Origin: Dehalococcoidia bacterium
GTDB taxonomy: Bacteria; Chloroflexota; Dehalococcoidia; Bin125
DNA length: 64,000 nucleotides
Direction: 5' to 3'
Assembly (NCBI GenBank): GCA_965203775.1
Contig: OZ241913.1
Coordinates: 2,832,015-2,896,014 of the forward strand
Part shown: positions 1 through 8,627 of the stretch, piece by piece
Layout: each line of letters opens with the position of its first letter
Numbering within the stretch: the first letter of the stretch is position 1
Made by a program: the position numbers and the translations under genes
The notes under the pieces: model-generated
What the model saw: only the letters and a program-made list of their open reading frames with translations
Database searches by the model: none
Told to the model about the DNA's origin: nothing

Positions 1-2
1 TC

Positions 3-137
3 GGCGGCAGCGACTGCCACGCGCTCCACGAAGTCGGCACCGCCGCCACAGAGTTCGAGCAGGAAATCCGCACGATGGCGGACTTGGTGGCCGCCCTCCG
101 CGAAGGCGCGCATCGCCCGATAGCCCTCCCTTACTAG
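3..137 (+). CDS. 3' end of a gene that begins upstream of the window (unknown product)
   Basis: Frame 3 is open from the window edge to a TAG at ~135-137. The peptide (...EVGTAATEFEQEIRTMADLVAALREGAHRPIALPY*) is non-repetitive and has coding-like composition. Confidence 0.3.
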   Translation, partial: GGSDCHALHEVGTAATEFEQEIRTMADLVAALREGAHRPIALPY

Positions 138-496
138 CGTCGCGCCCCGCCAGATTCAGCCCTCTGCGCCCGATTCATCACCCCGGCAAGGGGAGGTGAA
201 GGCGGGACGCGGCGAGTGGGCGACGACGGTGTTCAGATTTTGTTTTTTCGCGTGTTCGGAGGTGATTCGAGGGGCGGTCCTATCTGGTCGAGGGGCTTGG
301 CGATGTTCAGGTTTGTTCGGATTTGTTCGGGTTTGTTCGGAGGTGATTCGGGGGTGAACCGGCGTGGAGAGTCGCGCCTGGGGTGTGGGGCTGGGTGGGC
401 ATTGCTCGCACTTTCGTTCTGCTAGGGTATGGTAGCACGGTTGGGGGGAAGTGGGGGTTTGAGGGCGCGTCGGTTCCTGCCTGCGCAGGAATGACG

Positions 497-633
497 GAAG
501 TGCGAACAGGCCCGAAGTGCGAACAGGCCCGAAGCGCGAACAGGCCCGAAGCGCGAACAGGCCCGAAGTGTGAACAGGCCCGAAGTGCGAACAGGCCCGA
601 AGCGCGAACAAGCCCGAAGTGCGAACAGGCCCT
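497..633. repeat. Tandem repeat, 17-bp unit GCGAACAGGCCCGAAGY, ~8 copies, directly after a family-A repeat copy
   Basis: Read directly from 480-640: ...gaagtgcgaacaggcccgaagtgcgaacaggcccgaagcgcgaacagg.... It abuts the stop of the 632..1000 ORF. Confidence 0.85.
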
Positions 634-1000
634 AGGAGGGGGAGGGGATGCCGGGCTCCTCGTGGGTGAGGGTGAGGTGGATGGCGGCGCTGTTGGTTTC
701 GGGGTCGCGGTTGAGCTGGAACTCGCAGATCGTGCGGTCGGCGAGCTCCTTGAACTGGCGGTAGACCAGATCGGCGAACTCCTGCGAGACGGCGGAGTCG
801 GCGACGATGTTGAGGATGCTTTCGGCGGTGGCCGATGAGGCGGAGCTCCAGGCCCAGGCGGTGATGTCGGCGAAGGCGCGGAGCATCTCCTGGAGCTGGT
901 CCTCGCTGATCGTGAAGTGCTCTTCGTCCTCGTCCCAGGCGATCGTGAACTGCGCATCCGGCGCGCCGCCGGTTGCCGGCTGGGCGGGATCGTCGGCCAT
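632..1000 (-). CDS. hypothetical acidic protein (122 aa)
   Basis: ATG (cat at 998-1000) and TAG stop. The peptide is non-repetitive (MADDPAQPATGG...FTIAWDEDEEHFTISEDQLQEML...). It lies 16 bp downstream of the LLM oxidoreductase gene on the same strand. Confidence 0.45.
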   Translation of the reverse strand: MADDPAQPATGGAPDAQFTIAWDEDEEHFTISEDQLQEMLRAFADITAWAWSSASSATAESILNIVADSAVSQEFADLVYRQFKELADRTICEFQLNRDPETNSAAIHLTLTHEEPGIPSPS

Positions 1001-1015
1001 CGGCTCAGCCCCGCG

Positions 1016-1936
1016 CTACAGCTCGGGGGCGAGTTCGGCGAGGAAGGCGCGGGTGCGGGACTGCTCTTCCTCGCTGCCGAAGGCGGCGGCGCCGAAATCG
1101 GTCGCGCCGGCGTCGATCAAGCGGCGCAGCGACGCTTCCAGGCCCTCCTCGGTGCCGATCAGCGCGACATCGGCGGGATGCGCCGCGCCCTCGATGTCGA
1201 GCATCCCGCGGTAGGAGGGCAGGTTGCCGTAGTTGGCGAACTGGGCGGCTGCGGCCTCGCGGGCGGCGTCGGCGTCGTTGGTGAGCATGATCGGCAGGCC
1301 GACCACGATGCGCGGATCGGGCCGGCCGGCCTCGCGCGCGGCGGCGTTGATCGCCGGCGCGATGTGCGTCTCGACCGCTTTGGCGGCGGTCATCCAGAGG
1401 ATCGTGCCCTCGGTGCGCGCGCCGGCCAGCCGCAGCATCGCCGGGCCCATCGCCGCCAGCATGCAGTCGACCGGCTCCGCGTCCGCAATCTCCAGGAAGA
1501 GGTTGCCCTTGTACTGTTCGCCCTGATACTGCACGCGCTCGCCCGCGAGCAGCGGCAGCAGCACATCGAGATACTCCTTCATATGCCGCGCGGGGCGGTC
1601 AAACGACATCCCGAACATGCCCTCGATCACGACCGCGTGGGAGAGCCCGATGCCCAGCACGAAGCGGCGCCCGCCGCCTGCGGCCTGCACCGTCTTGGCC
1701 TGCTGCGCCATCGCGTGCGGGTGGCGCGGGTAGGTCGGCACGACCGCGGTCATCAGCTCGATCCGCTCCGTCTGCGCCGCGGCCAGCGTCAGCGCGCCCA
1801 TCGCGTCGTGCGAGAAGATGTTGGCCATCGCAAACGTGGCGAAGCCCTCGGCTTCCGCCGCGCGGGCGTCGGCCACCACATCGGTGACTTTGGCCGCGGG
1901 GCCGGTCGATCCGGTGAAGATGCCGATTTTCATTGC
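1016..1936 (-). CDS. LLM-class (luciferase-like) flavin/F420-dependent oxidoreductase
   Basis: Start chosen at MKIGIFTGS..., which is typical of the LLM family. The tracker ORF 1016..2074 has a low-complexity N-terminal extension that I did not include. Fold motifs: FATFAMANIF, GIGLSHAVV. Confidence 0.8.
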   Translation of the reverse strand, partial: AMKIGIFTGSTGPAAKVTDVVADARAAEAEGFATFAMANIFSHDAMGALTLAAAQTERIELMTAVVPTYPRHPHAMAQQAKTVQAAGGGRRFVLGIGLSHAVVIEGMFGMSFDRPARHMKEYLDVLLPLLAGERVQYQGEQYKGNLFLEIADAEPVDCMLAAMGPAMLRLAGARTEGTILWMTAAKAVETHIAPAINAAAREAGRPDPRIVVGLPIMLTNDADAAREAAAAQFANYGNLPSYRGMLDIEGAAHPADVALIGTEEGLEASLRRLIDAGATDFGAAAFGSEEEQSRTRAFLAELAPEL

Positions 1937-1979
1937 TGTGCTCCCGTCGTTTTGGGTCTGTGTGGTCGTGCCGGCGCGC

Positions 1980-2970
1980 TCAGGCGGGGCGGACGAGGAT
2001 GCGTCCGCGCACGCCGCCGGCGAGGATCTTGTTCGCGGCCTCGGGCACTGCTTCGAGCGAAATCCGCTCCTCAATCAGGTCCAGCAGCTTGCCGCTCGCG
2101 AAATCGTCCGCCATCCGCTGCCAGAGCGCGGCGCGGCGCTCCTGCGGGTAGTAGACGGACTCGATGCCAATCAGGCTGACGCCGCGCAGGATGAACGGCA
2201 TCACATTGGTCGCGACGGGCACGCCGCCGGTCAGCCCGGAGAGCGCCACCGCGCCGCCGTACTTGGTCTGCCGCAGGATCGACGCGGCGGTGCTGCCGCC
2301 GACCGGATCGACGGCGGCCGCCCAGCGCTCGGACTCCAGCGGGCGGCGGCTCTCTTCGGCCAGCTCGGCGCGATCCAGGATTTCCGACGCGCCCAGCTCG
2401 CGCAGGAAGTCGTGCGCGTCGGCCTTGCCCGTGCTGGCCGCGACGGTGTAGCCGCGCGCGGCCAGCATCGCCACGGCGGTCGAGCCGACCCCGCCCGTCG
2501 CGCCGCTGACGATCACGGGGCCGCTTTCGGGCGCGATCCCCGCGGCCTCGATCGCTTCAAGCGAGATCGCCGCGGTGAGCCCGGCGGTGCCCAACACCAT
2601 CGCCTCTTCCGCGCTCAGGCCCTCGGGCGCGGGCACGAGCCAGTCGGCGGGCACGCGCACGCGCTCGGCGTAGCCGCCTGCGTGCCCCGTGCCCAGCTCG
2701 TAGCCGGTCGCGATCACCGCGTCGCCGGCGCTGAAGCGGGCGTCGGACGATTCGACGACCGTGCCCGCGAAATCAATCCCCGGCACCATCGGGTAGGCGG
2801 TCACGACGCGCCCGTTGGGCGTGCAGGCGAGGCCATCCTTGTAGTTGAGGCCGGACCACTCGACGGCGACGGTCACCTCGCCGTCGGGCAGTTGGGCGTC
2901 GTCCCACTGCTCAACGCCGAGGCTGAAATCGTCGTCGCTCTTGTTGACCACGAAGGCGCGAAAGGCCACG
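1980..2970 (-). CDS. acuI: acrylyl-CoA reductase AcuI / YhdH-family NADPH:quinone oxidoreductase (MDR superfamily)
   Basis: Aligns along its full length with E. coli YhdH (VTVAVEWSGLNYKDGLA, PMVPGIDFAGTV, GATGGVGSTAVAMLAARGY, VMPFILRGVSLIGIDSV). Probable GTG start (VAFRAFVVNK) preceded by an aggggag RBS. The tracker N-terminal extension is low-complexity junk. Confidence 0.8.
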
Positions 2971-3030
2971 GGCGCACTCCCCTCAGGATCGCTCAGGCTG
3001 GCACAGGTCGGTACAGGTGGTTTGGGCGCA

Positions 3031-3846
3031 TCAGACGGGCCCAATCGGCGCGGGATGATGGGTGTGCGCCTCGTGCCCCGCGTGCAACTCGTGGCGCACG
3101 GCGACGCCCTCGGCGCTGAACTCGACGATCGTCGCCCCGCCGGAGTGGCGCGGCGCGCCGGGGTAGTAGGCCGGCACCGACCCGTCGCCCACGCCCTCAT
3201 GCACGTCGATGTGCCCCAGCGCCACGTAGTCGGCGTCGAGCCCCGCGATGTCGGCGGCGCGTATCTGGTAGGAGTAGCGCGACTCGCCTGTGCCGACGTA
3301 GTAGCCGTGGGCGATCGCGACGCGCCACAGATGCCGGTCGGGGTAGTGCCGCCAGGCGGGGCAGACCGCGGCCGGCGCGAAATCGTTGTAGCTCTCGTGC
3401 GCCTGCCCCCAGAACTGCACGCCGTGCTCATCCAGCACGACCAGCTCGCCCTCGGCGGAAGAGATGATGTGGACATTGGCCGGGAAGGCGTCGGGGAACT
3501 TGTCGTAGACGCCGTCGGGCATCGCCGGATCATGGTTGCCGGGCAGAATCACGACGGGCCGCCCGACGCCCGCCAGCAGCTCGCCGGTCGCCTCGACGTA
3601 GGGCCGCTTGACCCGCACGTGGTCGAAGAAGTCGCCCGCGATCACCACCACATCGACCTCGGCCTCTTTGCCCAGGTCCAGCACATGCTCAAAGGCGCGC
3701 AGCGCCGGCTCGAGCTCGCCGCTCTCGCGCCATGGCTCGGAGGTGTACGCGCCCAGATGCACATCGGAGGTGTGCAGCAGCCGCAGCGAATGCGCCGCCG
3801 CGCCGCCCCCAATGCGCTGGTGCGCCGGATACAAAGTGGTGGACAT
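3031..3846 (-). CDS. metallophosphoesterase (calcineurin-like/SbcD-like phosphoesterase)
   Basis: ATG (cat 3844-3846) gives MSTTLYPAHQR.... Motifs LHTSDVHLG, VVIAGDFFD and ILPGNHD are the classic metallophosphatase motifs I-III. Confidence 0.75.
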   Translation of the reverse strand: MSTTLYPAHQRIGGGAAAHSLRLLHTSDVHLGAYTSEPWRESGELEPALRAFEHVLDLGKEAEVDVVVIAGDFFDHVRVKRPYVEATGELLAGVGRPVVILPGNHDPAMPDGVYDKFPDAFPANVHIISSAEGELVVLDEHGVQFWGQAHESYNDFAPAAVCPAWRHYPDRHLWRVAIAHGYYVGTGESRYSYQIRAADIAGLDADYVALGHIDVHEGVGDGSVPAYYPGAPRHSGGATIVEFSAEGVAVRHELHAGHEAHTHHPAPIGPV

Positions 3847-3934
3847 GCAGGCTCGCGCTCCCCAGTCGCTCACGGCGTGCCGCGTGGGCTGCCCGCAGAG
3901 TAGCGGAGGGCCGTGTTTGGCGCGCGGGCGCTCC

Positions 3935-6900
3935 TTAATCGCGGTCGTTGCGGCGCTGGCTCTTTTCTCCGTCGTCGGTGAAGACGACGCGGGATTTCTT
4001 GCCGCCGTGGATTTGGGGTTCCCGGGCGAGCTTGCGGCGGAGCAGGTCAATGGGGCCGTCGGGCTCGCAGAGGGAGGCGGGCCGGCCGAGGACGTCGACG
4101 AGCAGGCGGCGGTCCAGCTCTGCGCGGGCCGGGCCTTCGTCGATCTGGTCGAACGGGAGGAAGCGGAACTCGCGCATCGCCTCGCACGCCTTGCGGGCGG
4201 CGGCGTGCTGCTCGTCGGTGAGCGCACGGGTGTCGAGCGTGGGAATGTTGGGAATTGAGGTGACGGTCACCGTACCGCGTCCGCTTTGCGACTTGTTCGA
4301 CGACCACCAGTACAAGAGCAGGCCGAGGGTGGAGTTGCACCAGAGCGAGAACGCGTACTCGTCGTCGCGGCGGGCGAAGACGACGGACGGCCAGGCGCGT
4401 CCGCCGATGCATGGACGGTCCGTCATCGCCACGACGAGCGAGTTGGCGTTGAACTGTAGGTCGCGGTTGACATGCGCGCGTGTGGCCGTCGCCCAGACCT
4501 GCTCCGCTTTCTGGTCGACTTCGGATTGCCGCTGCGGGAACGCCTTGACCTGCCCTTCTGAATCGCTCCCCACAGTGAGCGTCCGTTGCGCAGGGGAGTT
4601 GTGCGACCAGAGCATCGGGTAGGTTGGCACGGCGTTGTACGCCGGCTGCACAAGCTGAAACGGTCCGCGCGGCGAGCCGTCTTTCTGATCGCCGCGGATA
4701 TCCAGGTCGTAAGGTCCTCGCCCTGCAATTTCCCCGATCGGAACAATCGGCAGGGTCATGGATTCCGCAGCCGGCTCGGCCGGCAAGCGCAACAGCCCCT
4801 CCTCCAGAGCGCTCGCAGCGACGGCGAGGTCGAAATCACGGATTCCGGCGATCGGCCATGGTCCTCGTTCGGGCAACCTCGCGGCGATCATCTGGCCAAT
4901 GGCGTCGCCGCCGACGGCAAGCATCGGCTCTTGGATCGCCGCGGCATCGTCGACGGGCGCGGCGCGATCGTCAGCGACGGCGCGCGCGCGATCAATCGCC
5001 CGACCGACCTCAGAAGCCCACGCTTCACTGCGCGGGCGGTTTCGGAGCGCTACGAATGTCCCGCGCGGACGATCGGTCTCCGGCTTTCCCTTTCGCGCGA
5101 TCAGCAGACATTCCGCGATTCCGGTATCCGCAGAGAAGGATCGATCGCCAGATCCGGCGGCGGCGATGGTTACGACGACGATGTCGTGGCACAGGTCGGC
5201 GATAGCGCTCCGCGCTTTCTGCCATGCGCTGCCGCTCAACGCGCTGAGCGGCAGCACCATAGCAAGCGCGCCGTTCTCGCGGAGTTTGCGGAGCGCGAGG
5301 TCTGTGAAGTGGGAAGCCAGGCCGGCGTTGCCGTTGCCCAACCGTTGCTCGCCTGCGACGGCGAGCAGCCGGGCTTGCATGAGGTCGCGCACGTCGGGGG
5401 GCGTGTCGAACGCCGCAAAAGCGGGGTTCGCTACGCCGCGCAGCTCCGCTTCCTGGCCGCCTTGCCGAGTGAACGGCGGGTTCATAATCACGACATCGAA
5501 ACGGCCGTGTCCGATCCGCGACATGAGGTCGGTCACGTCTTCCGGGGCGTACCCACCGGACGTGACCGCGGTTGCGCGACGCAGCAGCCCGGCCTGAATG
5601 CCGTCGGCGAACAGGTCGAGCGAGCCGATGGCCACTCGCTCGCCGTCGAGCTCGTCGCTGAGCGCGCCGTAAGGCATCGTGAGCAAGCTGTCGCCGTTGA
5701 ACGGCGTCTCGGGGTGCGTGCTGGCGAGCATGGATGCGGTCAGGTGGACGGCGATGTTCAGGACATCGACGCCGACCAGGCCGGTCTGCATCATCGCGCC
5801 GTGCAACGCGGCAGGATCGCCTCCGTGCAGCTCGTGGAGTATTGACGTTCGTTGGTAGGCAGCGGCGAGCAGCGTGCCGGTTCCGCAGGCGAAGTCGGCG
5901 ATCTGCACTTCGCGCAGAGAATCCAGGTCGCCCCACTCAGCGCCGCGCGGGGCTCCCCGCGGCGGCAGGGCGAGGCTGGCGAGCAACACCGCCGCCTCCG
6001 GCCGGGTGTAGAATGTCGCCAGGAACTCGCGATCGGCGATCAGGCGCTGAAAAATCACTCCCGTGAGGTCGTGCGAGCGGGTCACGCCGCCCTGTACCAG
6101 CTCCGTCGCCGCATCCCAGAGCGGACCGAGCACCTGTCCGGCTGTCGCGGCGGGCAAGCGCCGCAGAATCGCCCTGGCGGCTGCGAAGATCGGCCAGTAG
6201 TTGACGTTCAGAATGCGCTGCCATTCATCGCTCAGCTCACCCAGGTGGAAGCGGTCGGCGTCCGCACGGAAATCGGAGAGCGGCGCGACGCCGCGCGATG
6301 CGCCGTCCGCGCCGCGCAGTGATTGGACGACCTGGAACGATGAGTCGGAGAGCGCGGCGTGAAAGATCAAGGCGTTGATCAGCACCGTCATCGCCATCCG
6401 TCTGGTCTGTCCCGCCTCGTCGTCCGTCTGGCCGAGCAGTGCGGCGATCTCGGCTCCGACCAACCCGGGCGACCGCGATGGCAGACGCAGCATGAAGCGA
6501 TTCGCTGCCGTTCTGATGCCCTGCTCGAGAATCTCGCTCAGACGTTGCACGTGTTGAGCCGGGACTGAGGCGCGATGAATGAGCATCGCCAGGTCGCGCG
6601 CTGAACCGCGCAGCCAGCCCGAACTCGGAAGCCGCTCAACTGTCCCGCCCGCCGCATCCGTGTAGAGCGCGTATTCGAGCGCGTCGCTGGCTGCCAGGGC
6701 GGCGCGGATTTGGGGGCCGCCGGTCTGCTCGCGCGCATCGGGCGGGTAGACGAGCGCCACGGCGCTCTCGATTGGGCGGCCGGTCTGGTGGACAATTTCG
6801 CCGAGGCGGGCGAGCGCGTCGGTTTCCGCAGCGGCGTGGTTCTCGCGCTCGGCTTCGATCACGACCGGCCAGCCGGCGGGTTCCTCGATCAGGATGTCGG

Positions 6901-7021
6901 GCCGGGCGGTCGTGTTGCGCAGGGTGCGCTGGTGCTCGGCGAGCACACGCCAGCTGGTCGGGCGGAGCTCCTGGAGGACCTCGCCGAGCTGGACATTGGT
7001 GGTGTCTTCGCGGGCCCGCAT
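3935..7021 (-). CDS. large gamma-class N6-adenine DNA methyltransferase-domain protein (~1028 aa), type IIG/IIL-like restriction-modification protein with N- and C-terminal extensions
   Basis: Motif X-like [27 protein letters not shown], motif [11 protein letters not shown], motif [10 protein letters not shown], then a post-catalytic [21 protein letters not shown] helix and a ~450-aa C-terminal TRD-like region. N-terminal segment [19 protein letters not shown] may be a degenerate PD-(D/E)XK. Start set at MRAREDTT (cat 7019-7021). The 1598-aa tracker ORF runs antisense through gatB and its first ~570 aa are spurious. Confidence 0.7.
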   Translation of the reverse strand: MRAREDTTNVQLGEVLQELRPTSWRVLAEHQRTLRNTTARPDILIEEPAGWPVVIEAERENHAAAETDALARLGEIVHQTGRPIESAVALVYPPDAREQTGGPQIRAALAASDALEYALYTDAAGGTVERLPSSGWLRGSARDLAMLIHRASVPAQHVQRLSEILEQGIRTAANRFMLRLPSRSPGLVGAEIAALLGQTDDEAGQTRRMAMTVLINALIFHAALSDSSFQVVQSLRGADGASRGVAPLSDFRADADRFHLGELSDEWQRILNVNYWPIFAAARAILRRLPAATAGQVLGPLWDAATELVQGGVTRSHDLTGVIFQRLIADREFLATFYTRPEAAVLLASLALPPRGAPRGAEWGDLDSLREVQIADFACGTGTLLAAAYQRTSILHELHGGDPAALHGAMMQTGLVGVDVLNIAVHLTASMLASTHPETPFNGDSLLTMPYGALSDELDGERVAIGSLDLFADGIQAGLLRRATAVTSGGYAPEDVTDLMSRIGHGRFDVVIMNPPFTRQGGQEAELRGVANPAFAAFDTPPDVRDLMQARLLAVAGEQRLGNGNAGLASHFTDLALRKLRENGALAMVLPLSALSGSAWQKARSAIADLCHDIVVVTIAAAGSGDRSFSADTGIAECLLIARKGKPETDRPRGTFVALRNRPRSEAWASEVGRAIDRARAVADDRAAPVDDAAAIQEPMLAVGGDAIGQMIAARLPERGPWPIAGIRDFDLAVAASALEEGLLRLPAEPAAESMTLPIVPIGEIAGRGPYDLDIRGDQKDGSPRGPFQLVQPAYNAVPTYPMLWSHNSPAQRTLTVGSDSEGQVKAFPQRQSEVDQKAEQVWATATRAHVNRDLQFNANSLVVAMTDRPCIGGRAWPSVVFARRDDEYAFSLWCNSTLGLLLYWWSSNKSQSGRGTVTVTSIPNIPTLDTRALTDEQHAAARKACEAMREFRFLPFDQIDEGPARAELDRRLLVDVLGRPASLCEPDGPIDLLRRKLAREPQIHGGKKSRVVFTDDGEKSQRRNDRD

Positions 7022-7108
7022 GGGGGACAGTGTAGCGGGTTTGGGGCGGTGCGGGAACGGACGTTCGGAGTCGCTGCTCAGATGCGCGCGAGTCGTAGAC
7101 TGTTCGGC
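7022..7108. promoter_or_regulatory. divergent intergenic region between the MTase-domain gene and gatB (probable divergent promoters)
   Basis: An 87-bp gap between divergently oriented starts. No motif was identified with confidence. Confidence 0.25.
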
Positions 7109-8620
7109 ATGACCACAGACACCGCAACCACCGCCGCCGCTGACTGGGAAACCGTGATTGGGCTTGAGGTCCACGCCCAGCTGCGCACTGAGAGCAAGAT
7201 GTTCTGCCGCTGCCCGGCCGACTACGCCGCGGCCGCGCCCAACACCTACGTCTGCCCGCTCTGCCTGGGCATGCCCGGCACTTTGCCCGTGATCAACCGC
7301 ACCGCCGTCGAGTGGACGATCCGCACCGCGCTCGCGCTCAACATGCGCATCCCCGAACTCTCCAAGTTCGACCGCAAAAACTACCCCTACCCCGACCTGA
7401 TGAAGGGCTACCAGATTTCGCAATACGACATGCCGCTCTCCGAGGGCGGCTGGATGGATGTCGAGACCGACGACCTGGGCCGCCAACGGATCGGCATCAC
7501 GCGCGTCCACCTCGAGGAGGACACCGCGCGGCTGCTGCACCGCGAGAGCGAGGCCGGCGAGCGCTTCTCGCTGGTCGACGTCAACCGCTCCGGCACGCCG
7601 CTGATGGAAATCGTCTCCGAGCCCGACATGCGCTCGCCCCAGCAGGCGCGCCAGTATCTGGTGCAGCTGCGCCAGATGCTGCGCTACCTGGGCGTCTCGA
7701 CCGCGGATATGGAGAAGGGCTCGTTCCGCTGTGACGCCAACGTCTCGCTGCGACGCCCCGGCGCGGCGGAGTTGGGCGCAAAGGTCGAGATCAAGAACAT
7801 GAACTCGTTCCGCAGCGTGCAGCGCGCGCTGGAGTTCGAGCAGTCGCGCCAGGCCGCCGCGCTCGAGGCGGGCGAGCTGATCGCGCAGGAGACGCGCGGC
7901 TGGGACGAAGAGGCGCAGATCACCGTCTCGCAGCGCTCCAAGGAGGAGGCGCACGACTACCGCTACTTCCCCGAGCCGGACCTGCCGCCGCTGCAGACCA
8001 GCCGCGCGACGGTCGAGGCGATTCGCGCCGCGCTGCCCGAGCTGCCCGCCGCCCGCCGCGCCCGCTTCGAGGCCGACTACGGGCTGCAACCGTTCGAGGC
8101 GGGGCTGCTCACCGAAGAGCCCGCGCCCTCGGAGTGGTTTGAAGCGTCGGTCGCCTCCTTGGGTGGCAAACAGGGGGACGGGAGCGCGGACGGGCTGCCG
8201 CGCATGATCGCGACCTGGTTCGTCGGCGAGCTGACCCGGCTGATGCACGAGGCCAAGCCGCCCGACACGCTGGACACGATCCGCGTGCAGCCCGCGCAGC
8301 TGGCCGGGCTGGTGCGGCTGATCGACGACGGAAGCATCAGCAACACCCAGGCCAAGGAGGTTTTCGCCGAGATGTACGCCTCGGGCGAGGACGCGGCTGC
8401 CGTCGTCGAGCGGCTCGGCGTCGCGCAGATTTCGGGCGAGGACGCGCTCGCGCCGATCATCCGCCAGGTGCTCGAGGAGCAGCCGCAGGCCGCGGCCGAC
8501 TACCGCGGCGGCAAGCCGGAGGCGCTGAAGTTTCTGGTCGGCCAGACAATGCGGCTGAGCCGCGGCCAGGCCAACCCCGCGCAGGCCTCCGAACTGCTCC
8601 GCGCCGCGCTCGAGGAGTAG
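7109..8620 (+). CDS. gatB: Asp-tRNA(Asn)/Glu-tRNA(Gln) amidotransferase subunit B
   Basis: MTTDTA...[13 protein letters not shown]...FCRCP...[15 protein letters not shown]...[11 protein letters not shown]... is a full-length GatB signature and includes the C-terminal YqeY-like tail. TAG stop at 8618-8620. Confidence 0.9.
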   Translation: MTTDTATTAAADWETVIGLEVHAQLRTESKMFCRCPADYAAAAPNTYVCPLCLGMPGTLPVINRTAVEWTIRTALALNMRIPELSKFDRKNYPYPDLMKGYQISQYDMPLSEGGWMDVETDDLGRQRIGITRVHLEEDTARLLHRESEAGERFSLVDVNRSGTPLMEIVSEPDMRSPQQARQYLVQLRQMLRYLGVSTADMEKGSFRCDANVSLRRPGAAELGAKVEIKNMNSFRSVQRALEFEQSRQAAALEAGELIAQETRGWDEEAQITVSQRSKEEAHDYRYFPEPDLPPLQTSRATVEAIRAALPELPAARRARFEADYGLQPFEAGLLTEEPAPSEWFEASVASLGGKQGDGSADGLPRMIATWFVGELTRLMHEAKPPDTLDTIRVQPAQLAGLVRLIDDGSISNTQAKEVFAEMYASGEDAAAVVERLGVAQISGEDALAPIIRQVLEEQPQAAADYRGGKPEALKFLVGQTMRLSRGQANPAQASELLRAALEE

Positions 8621-8627
8621 AGCGAGT

